The position numbers and the translations under genes are program-made. A stretch of DNA of 34,750 nucleotides, taken from Candidatus Eiseniibacteriota bacterium (GTDB lineage Bacteria; Eisenbacteria; RBG-16-71-46; SZUA-252). Positions 29,098 through 34,750 of this stretch are shown piece after piece. Below the pieces are notes generated by a model, which was given only the letters and a program-made list of their open reading frames with translations, made no database searches and was not told the DNA's origin. Position 1 is the first letter of the stretch, and each line of letters opens with the position of its first letter. The stretch covers positions 1 through 34,750 of the forward strand of contig QJVW01000148.1 of assembly GCA_003235575.1 (NCBI GenBank). Reading direction: 5' to 3'.

Positions 29098-30322
29098 CCT
29101 TCTTCGTGCCCGCGGGACGCGCGCGGGCTCCCTTCGGCGTGGCGCGCCGGGTGGGGATCGCGACGTCCGTCTCCCGGATCCGCATCTCGTGCCGCCGCAC
29201 TTCCCGCAGGAACGCCTCCGGGGGCAGGGCGCGTTCCATCGCGGCAACGCCCCGGAACGGCGCGTCACCGCGCGCGATCATCAATGCCGCGGCCGCCGTG
29301 GGGTAGGCCGTTGCCCGCATCATCGCGGTCATGCCCCGTGCCACGTCCATGCGACCGATCATCTCGAAGGTAATCCGCCGGCGCCGGCCCTCCCGCACGC
29401 CCTCGACCACCACGCGCATCACGACGAGGTCTTCCTCGCCGGGAAACGTGAGCCGGGGCTCGGCGGCGGCGGCGAACACCGCACGCGGCGCGACCGAGAT
29501 TCCCTCGACCACGACGGGCTCGGTATCGAGGAGGCCGAGTGCGCGGAGCAGCGTCCACTTCGCGGCATGGCCGGGATACCGGACAGTCTTGTAATCCAGC
29601 GTCTTCACGCGCCCCTCGTACGTCCACGGCATCGTCGAGGCCCCGCCGAGCGTCACGAAGGCCTCGCAGCGTCCGGCCGGCTTCGCGAATTCCAGCTCCT
29701 CGACCTCGGTCAGCGTCTCGACGTCCACGCGGCGGCCGTCGCGCAGCACCGTCGCCGTGCCCAGGTACTCGTTCAGGAGCCCGTGCATGGAGAAGACGAT
29801 CATGTACTCGAGCAGCGGCTTCGGCTTGAGCGGCAATCCGCCCACGCGGATTCGGACGGTGTCCGCCCGGTCGAGCCGGGCGATCCCCGCCGCCGCCAGA
29901 ACGTTCGCCATGCCGGGCGCCAACCCGCAGTCCGGCACGATCGCCACCCCGGCGGCCTTCGCTTGCGCGTCGAGTCGCTCCTGCTCGCGGACGAGCTCGG
30001 TGTTTCCGCCGAGATCGCAGAGCGACACGCCGGCCTCGATCGCGGCGCGCGTGAGTTGGAGATTCAGGAAGTAGGGGACGGCGGAAATCGCGACGTCGTA
30101 TCCACGGAGACGGTCGATGAGGTTCGGCTCGTTGCCCACGTCCATCGCCGTCGCCCGCACGGTCGCACGGCACTCGGGAAACGCCCGCAGGCGATCGGCA
30201 GCCGCCTCCGCGCGTCCGAGATCGATGTCGGCGATCGTGACGTCGCGCGCGCCGTCACGGCGGGCCAGATCGAACGCCGCGGCGAACCCTTGCTGGCCGG
30301 CGCCGAGGACCAGAAATCTCAA
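28985..30322 (-). CDS. Saccharopine-dehydrogenase-family NAD(P)-binding protein with a Lys/Arg/Pro/Ala-rich C-terminal tail
   Basis: TTG start at 30322, overlapping the antiporter TGA (TTGA), with AAGGAAG upstream. Rossmann motif RFLVLGAGQQGFAAAFDL. The tail reads RRATPKGARARPAGTKKATKRAATPKKKPRSASKAGRGAPASSRARKPRARTRR. The N-terminal two thirds of ORF 28985..32326 are off-frame antiporter sequence. Confidence 0.6.
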   Translation of the reverse strand: MRFLVLGAGQQGFAAAFDLARRDGARDVTIADIDLGRAEAAADRLRAFPECRATVRATAMDVGNEPNLIDRLRGYDVAISAVPYFLNLQLTRAAIEAGVSLCDLGGNTELVREQERLDAQAKAAGVAIVPDCGLAPGMANVLAAAGIARLDRADTVRIRVGGLPLKPKPLLEYMIVFSMHGLLNEYLGTATVLRDGRRVDVETLTEVEELEFAKPAGRCEAFVTLGGASTMPWTYEGRVKTLDYKTVRYPGHAAKWTLLRALGLLDTEPVVVEGISVAPRAVFAAAAEPRLTFPGEEDLVVMRVVVEGVREGRRRRITFEMIGRMDVARGMTAMMRATAYPTAAAALMIARGDAPFRGVAAMERALPPEAFLREVRRHEMRIRETDVAIPTRRATPKGARARPAGTKKATKRAATPKKKPRSASKAGRGAPASSRARKPRARTRR

Positions 30323-31692
30323 GGTTCTTCCTTCGCGGCGGCCGCCCGGGCGCGCGCGCGCGCCAGACTCCACTGGAGCGCGGGCGGCGTCACGAGGGTC
30401 GTGACGATCACCATGATGACCACGGCGGCGTAGGTCGCCGGCGTGATCACCGTCTCGCCGGCGATCGTGAGCGACGCCCCGATGTTCGCGAAGATCAATC
30501 CGACCTCGCCACGCGGCACCATGCCCAGCCCCACGGTCAGTCGATCGACGCCCTTCTGCAGCACGCCGAACATGCAGGCCTGTTTTCCCAGCCAGGCCGC
30601 GAGAATCAGCGCGCCCGCGAGCCCCAGGATGCGGGGATCCGCGAAGACGCCCACATCCACGCGGATCCCGGTGAGCACGAAGAAGATCGGCACCAGGAAG
30701 GTGGAGAGGGGATGGAGCAGCGACTCGAGGGTGTGGTGGCGCGTCTCGTCGAACCATTCGAAGAACGCCGCCTCCAGCACGAGTCCCGCGGCGAACGCCC
30801 CGACGATCGGCGCCAGCCCCACCTTGGCCGCGAGGTACGAGAGCAGGAAGCAGAAGATGAGTCCCGACGTCAGCAGGATGCCCGGCACGCGCACCCTGGC
30901 CGCGAGGCGCAGCGCCCGGGGCGCCAGCGCGGCGCCGATGGCGATCGCGGCCGCCACGAAGCCGAACGCCTTGGCCGTGATCCAGCCGATGGACGCCAGC
31001 GAGAGGGAAGCGCCGCGATCCGCCGAGGTGATGGCTCCGCTGACGATCGCCAGGATCACCAGGCCGAGGATGTCGTCGATGACCGCCGCGCCGAGAATGA
31101 TCTTCGATTCGTCGCTCCTCGATTCGTTCAGATCCCGGAGCACACGGGCGGTGATGCCGACGCTGGTCGCGGTGAGGACGGCGCCGAGAAACGCATGGGC
31201 GTAGACGGAGTGCTGCGGCTCGAGCCAAACGCTGACACCCCAGCCGAGCGCGAACGGCGCGACGATGCCGAGCAACGCCACGAACAGCGAGGAGGGCCCG
31301 ACGCGCAGCATTTGCCCGATCGTCGATTCGAGTCCGACCTCGAAGAGCAGCACGATCACGCCCAGGCTCGAGAAGATGGCGAGGTACGGGTCGTGCTTCA
31401 TCGACTCGAAACCGTGGAAGCCGATGAGGCTCAGGTTCCCCAGAATGATCCCGAAGCCGAGTTCGCCGAGCACGGCGGGTTGGCCGGCGCGGACCGCCAG
31501 CCAGCCGCCGAGTTTTCCGGAGGCCAGGATGACGGCCAGGGCGAGGAGCAGCGGCACGACCGGATCGTCGGCGCCGCCGGCCCACGCGGGGACCGCCTGC
31601 ACCAGCATGAAGAGCGCCGCCACCACGAGCGCGGCGCGAAGCCGCCGCCGCGTGCGCGGGAATGCCGGGGGTGTGTCGCCGGATCGCATCAT
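30319..31692 (-). CDS. Cation:proton antiporter (CPA/NhaP-Kef-like membrane domain, no KTN domain)
   Basis: Signal-like N-terminus then TM1 LLLALAVILASGKLGGWLAVRAGQPAVLGELGFGIILG, followed by 10+ TM helices. Start set at ATG 31692 (MMRSG...). The ORF-track start 31800 would overlap the divergent TPR gene ATG in a shared CATG. Confidence 0.75.
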   Translation of the reverse strand: MMRSGDTPPAFPRTRRRLRAALVVAALFMLVQAVPAWAGGADDPVVPLLLALAVILASGKLGGWLAVRAGQPAVLGELGFGIILGNLSLIGFHGFESMKHDPYLAIFSSLGVIVLLFEVGLESTIGQMLRVGPSSLFVALLGIVAPFALGWGVSVWLEPQHSVYAHAFLGAVLTATSVGITARVLRDLNESRSDESKIILGAAVIDDILGLVILAIVSGAITSADRGASLSLASIGWITAKAFGFVAAAIAIGAALAPRALRLAARVRVPGILLTSGLIFCFLLSYLAAKVGLAPIVGAFAAGLVLEAAFFEWFDETRHHTLESLLHPLSTFLVPIFFVLTGIRVDVGVFADPRILGLAGALILAAWLGKQACMFGVLQKGVDRLTVGLGMVPRGEVGLIFANIGASLTIAGETVITPATYAAVVIMVIVTTLVTPPALQWSLARARARAAAAKEEP

Positions 31693-31798
31693 CCGGGGAG
31701 GATACCGCGATCCAGCCGTCTCTGGTAGGCTCGTCGAGAACCGCTGGCCGGGCCGAACGGCGCGCGCCGGCCGGGAGACATGATCGGAGGACCTCGCC

Positions 31799-32440
31799 AT
31801 GCCATTTCACCCCCCCGTTGCCCCCTTCCGACGCGCCGGCGGCTTCCTTTTTTTCCTCGCCCTCGCCGCGGGAATCGCGGGGCCCTCCTTCGCGGCGCCC
31901 ATCCCGCCGCGATCGTCGGCCAAGGCCAGCGCCACATCCGACAAGCCGCAGGCCGAGGAATCGGAGGAGGTCGCCCAGCAGCGGGCGCTGGCGGAAGGGG
32001 AGTACAAGAAAGGCTACAAGGACGCGGAGAAGGCGAAGAAATTCGAGAAGGACGAAAACGCCGCGGAGGCCACGAAGCACTTCGCCAAGGCCCTGAAACG
32101 ATTCGAGGAGGCGGTCCGTCTGTACGAGCCGTATGCCGACGCCTGGAACATGATCGGGTACTGCTCGCGTCAGGTGGGCGACTTGAAGCGGGCCTTCGAC
32201 GCCTATGAACGGGCGCTCGCGATCGACCCGGATCACGAGGAGGCCCACGAATACCTGGGCGAGGCCTACGTGAAGGTGTCCAATTTCGGCAAGGCGAGGG
32301 AGCAGCTGGAGTGGCTCCGCGCCCACGATTCGGACGAGGCGGACGAACTGGCGGAGGTGATCGAGAAGGCCGAGCAGGCGATGGCGCCGAAGGGCGAAGC
32401 CGGGACGGGCGCCGCCGCCGACTCCTCCGCGGCGCGCTGA
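31799..32440 (+). CDS. Secreted TPR-repeat protein
   Basis: GGAGGA RBS. Signal peptide FLFFLALAAGIAGPSFAAP. TPR-like helices (AWNMIGYCSRQVGDLKRAFDAYERALAIDPDHEEAHEYLGEAY). Confidence 0.7.
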   Translation: MPFHPPVAPFRRAGGFLFFLALAAGIAGPSFAAPIPPRSSAKASATSDKPQAEESEEVAQQRALAEGEYKKGYKDAEKAKKFEKDENAAEATKHFAKALKRFEEAVRLYEPYADAWNMIGYCSRQVGDLKRAFDAYERALAIDPDHEEAHEYLGEAYVKVSNFGKAREQLEWLRAHDSDEADELAEVIEKAEQAMAPKGEAGTGAAADSSAAR

Positions 32441-32450
32441 CCTCGATCGC

Positions 32451-33254
32451 CTAGCGAATCACGATCGAAGAAAGGTCTGTTTTCGGCTTCGGGTAACGGA
32501 GGTCGAGCCGTTCCAGCGCCCGGACCATCGCGCGCGCCACGAGCGCGTCCCGCACCCATTTCCGATCGGCGGGAACCACGTGCCACGGCGCCCACGGCGT
32601 CGAGCAGCGGCGCAGCGCGTCCTGGAATGCGTCCTGATACCGCCCCCACAGTCGCCGCTCGCGCAGGTCGCCTTCCGAGAATTTCCAGTTCTTCGACTTG
32701 TCGCGGATGCGATCCCGAAGTCGCTTCGCCTGTTCTTTCTTGCTGATGTGCAAGAAGAACTTGAGGATCTTCACGCCGTTCTCGTCCAGCATCCGCTCGA
32801 ATTCGTTGATCTGCCGGTAGCGCCGCTTCCATACGTCCGCGGGAACCATCTTGTGCACGCGCACGACGAGCACGTCCTCGTAGTGGGACCGGTTGAACAC
32901 GCCGATCATGCCGCGCGCGGGGACCGCCTGGTGGATCCGCCATAGGTAGTCGTGGTCCCGCTCCTCCTCGGAGGGGACCTTGAACGAGGTGACGGCGCAT
33001 CCGGCGGGGTTGAGTCCGCTCATCACGTGGCGAATCGTTCCGTCCTTGCCGCCCGTGTCCATCGCCTGCAGCACCACCAACAGCGCATAGCGGTTGTCCG
33101 CGTAGAGCATGTGCTGCAATACCCGGAGTCGCTCCAGGTCCGCCGCGAGGATCGCCCGCGCCTCCGCCTTGTCGGACAATCCGGCGTCGTCGGAGGGATC
33201 GACGGCGCCGAGTCGAAAACGCTTCCCCGGTTTCACGATCGTGGCGTGCTTCAT
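32451..33254 (-). CDS. ppk2: Polyphosphate kinase 2 (PPK2) family protein
   Basis: Start at ATG 33254 (MKHATIVKPGKRFRLG). Walker A AMDTGGKDGT. Lid region FNRSHYEDVLVVRVH. Single-domain size (~267 aa). Confidence 0.8.
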   Translation of the reverse strand: MKHATIVKPGKRFRLGAVDPSDDAGLSDKAEARAILAADLERLRVLQHMLYADNRYALLVVLQAMDTGGKDGTIRHVMSGLNPAGCAVTSFKVPSEEERDHDYLWRIHQAVPARGMIGVFNRSHYEDVLVVRVHKMVPADVWKRRYRQINEFERMLDENGVKILKFFLHISKKEQAKRLRDRIRDKSKNWKFSEGDLRERRLWGRYQDAFQDALRRCSTPWAPWHVVPADRKWVRDALVARAMVRALERLDLRYPKPKTDLSSIVIR

Positions 33255-33375
33255 GGGCGCAGCGTAGCACGACAAAACGAAGGCGGGGACCGGAAGATCC
33301 TGCACCCGCGCGCCGCTCGGATCAACTACGCGGGGACGATCGCCGGTCCGCTCGCGTGCGTGGTATTCTGAAGCC

Positions 33376-34750
33376 ATGCCAGATCAATTGATGGGCCGAT
33401 ACAGGATTCTCGAGCCCCTGGGAGAGGGCGGAATGGGGAGAGTCTTCCTCGCGGAGGATCCCGTTCTCGGACGCCGCCTGGCCGTCAAGGTGCTGCCCGA
33501 CGAATACGCCCACGATCGCGAACGGCGGGAACGGCTCCTGCACGAGGCGCGCGCCGCCTCGGCGTTGACGCATCCGAACATCGTCGTCGTCCACGACGTC
33601 GGCGAAACCGATGGCCGCCTCTGGATCGCCATGGAACGGATCGAGGGCGAGACCCTTCGCGCCTGGGTCGCCGAGCGACGATCGCCCGCCGAGATCATCA
33701 AGACGCTGCGCCAGGCGTTGGCGGCGTTGGCGGTTGCCCATGACGCGGGACTCGTGCATCGCGATCTAAAGCCCGAGAACCTGATGGTTCGCGCCGACGG
33801 CCTGTTGAAAATTCTCGATTTCGGCTTGGCGCGAAGCGTCACGCCGCAACCGGGGGCGCGCACGGCCACGATGCCGGGCACCATTCTCGGCACCGCGCCG
33901 TACATGTCGCCGGAGCAGGTGCTGGGGCAACCGGCGGGCCCGCGAAGCGATCTCTTCTCGCTCGGAACGATCCTCTACGAGCTGCTCACGGGCCGGCATC
34001 CGTTCGAGGCGGGCTCCTCGATCGATACGATGCATCAAATCCTCCACGAGACGCCGGCGGCTCCTTCCACGGTCAATCCGGCCCTGACCCCCGACTTCGA
34101 TTTCGTCATTCAAAAGGTTCTCTCGAAGGACCCGGAGCGGCGCCACAGCACGGCGCGCGATCTCGACAACGACCTGGACACGCTGGCCTGCGGCTGCATT
34201 CCCGCGTCGTCGTCCGTGCCGGCGCCCGCCACGGACGGTCCCCGTGCGATCGCCGTGCTGCCGTTCAAGAACATCGGCGGCGACAAGGCGCTGGCCTACC
34301 TGGGCGTGGGGCTTGCGGACGCGGTCATCACGCGGCTCGCGACGTCGCCCGACCTCGTCGTGCGCGCGACATCGTCGGTTCTGCCGTTCGAGAATCAGGC
34401 GATCGACCATCGCCACGTCGCCCAGAAGCTCGACGTGACCGCGCTCCTCGATGCCTCCTTCCAGCAGGTCGGGAACCGGTTCCGCGCCACGGCCCGCCTG
34501 ATCGAGGCGTCGAGCGGCCGGTCCCTCTGGGCCGGCAAGGTGGACGTTCGAAACGAGGATATCTTCGAGGTCCAGGATCAAGTGGCGCAGGGAATCGCGG
34601 AGGCGCTGACGGCGCGGATCACGGCGGACGAGGGGTCGTCGTCGGGCGGCGCATACACGCCGAACTCCGAGGCGTTCGAGCTCCTGATCCGCTCCCGGGA
34701 AGCGATCCGGACCCAGCGCAAAGAGTCGTACCTGCAAGCGATCGAGCACC
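33376..34750 (+). CDS. Hanks-type Ser/Thr protein kinase with C-terminal TolB-N-like/regulatory extension. It is 3'-partial: runs off the window.
   Basis: GEGGMGRVF glycine loop, AVKVL lysine, HRDLKPEN, DFGLA, APYMSPE. After ~280 aa, IAVLPFKNIGGDKALAYLGVGLADAVITRLA begins the extension. No stop before nt 34750. Confidence 0.85.
   Translation, partial: MPDQLMGRYRILEPLGEGGMGRVFLAEDPVLGRRLAVKVLPDEYAHDRERRERLLHEARAASALTHPNIVVVHDVGETDGRLWIAMERIEGETLRAWVAERRSPAEIIKTLRQALAALAVAHDAGLVHRDLKPENLMVRADGLLKILDFGLARSVTPQPGARTATMPGTILGTAPYMSPEQVLGQPAGPRSDLFSLGTILYELLTGRHPFEAGSSIDTMHQILHETPAAPSTVNPALTPDFDFVIQKVLSKDPERRHSTARDLDNDLDTLACGCIPASSSVPAPATDGPRAIAVLPFKNIGGDKALAYLGVGLADAVITRLATSPDLVVRATSSVLPFENQAIDHRHVAQKLDVTALLDASFQQVGNRFRATARLIEASSGRSLWAGKVDVRNEDIFEVQDQVAQGIAEALTARITADEGSSSGGAYTPNSEAFELLIRSREAIRTQRKESYLQAIEH

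Noticed and set aside
25875-29268. 562-aa and 495-aa minus-strand ORFs
   Set aside because: Antisense to the liu cluster genes, which have strong family signatures.
31798-31801. Shared CATG giving overlapping divergent start codons for antiporter (31800) and TPR gene (31799)
   Set aside because: Divergent genes cannot share zero intergenic space. The antiporter more likely starts at the internal ATG 31692, which precedes a signal-like segment.
30323-32326. N-terminal two thirds of the 1113-aa ORF 28985..32326
   Set aside because: Off-frame overlap with the antiporter and antisense to the TPR gene. Only the Rossmann-fold part from TTG 30322 down to 28985 is credible.
33322-34749. Three minus-strand ORFs (145, 173, 327 aa)
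   Set aside because: Antisense to the Ser/Thr kinase gene, whose catalytic motifs are all present in the plus frame.

Overview
This is a very GC-rich bacterial chromosomal segment (roughly 70% GC by eye). It is densely packed with about 38 protein-coding genes, and neighbouring genes often overlap by 4 bp at stop/start (ATGA, GTGA or TTGA). I saw no rRNA, tRNA, CRISPR array, integrase, transposase or other mobile-element signature, so this does not look like an obvious mobile accessory island.

Genes recognised from the sequence:
- **Translation factors:** TypA/BipA GTPase and the ABC-F throttle EttA.
- **Regulator plus exporter:** an Lrp/AsnC regulator immediately upstream of an EamA/DMT exporter.
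- **Envelope stress module:** an ECF sigma factor, a zinc-binding membrane anti-sigma factor and a DUF4097 protein. Adjacent is a TetR regulator whose upstream AT-rich island holds a perfect 33-bp palindrome.
- **Peptidases:** an M16 zinc-peptidase pair, an S9 serine peptidase and an M50 (site-2-protease-like) protease with CBS domains.
- **SPFH/band-7 proteins:** two, one of which shares an operon with an Arc-like ribbon-helix-helix protein.
- **Leucine catabolism:** a complete liuBCDE-like cluster (MCCase beta, enoyl-CoA hydratase, biotin carboxylase, HMG-CoA lyase). Its alpha subunit is split into separate biotin-carboxylase and BCCP open reading frames.
- **Other:** a cation:proton antiporter translationally coupled to a saccharopine-dehydrogenase-family protein, a TPR protein, and a PPK2 polyphosphate kinase divergent from a Hanks-type Ser/Thr kinase that runs off the window.

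No single textbook novel system stands out, and I could not tie any locus to a known defence or mobile system. The loci most worth follow-up are:
1. The SPFH plus Arc-like operon, with a consensus -35 box and a 22-bp perfect palindromic operator.
2. A secreted, extremely R/D/E-rich tandem-repeat protein encoded after the M16 pair.
3. The TetR operator and ECF sigma / anti-sigma / DUF4097 block.
4. The antiporter and NAD(P)-binding-protein coupling.
5. The split MccA.
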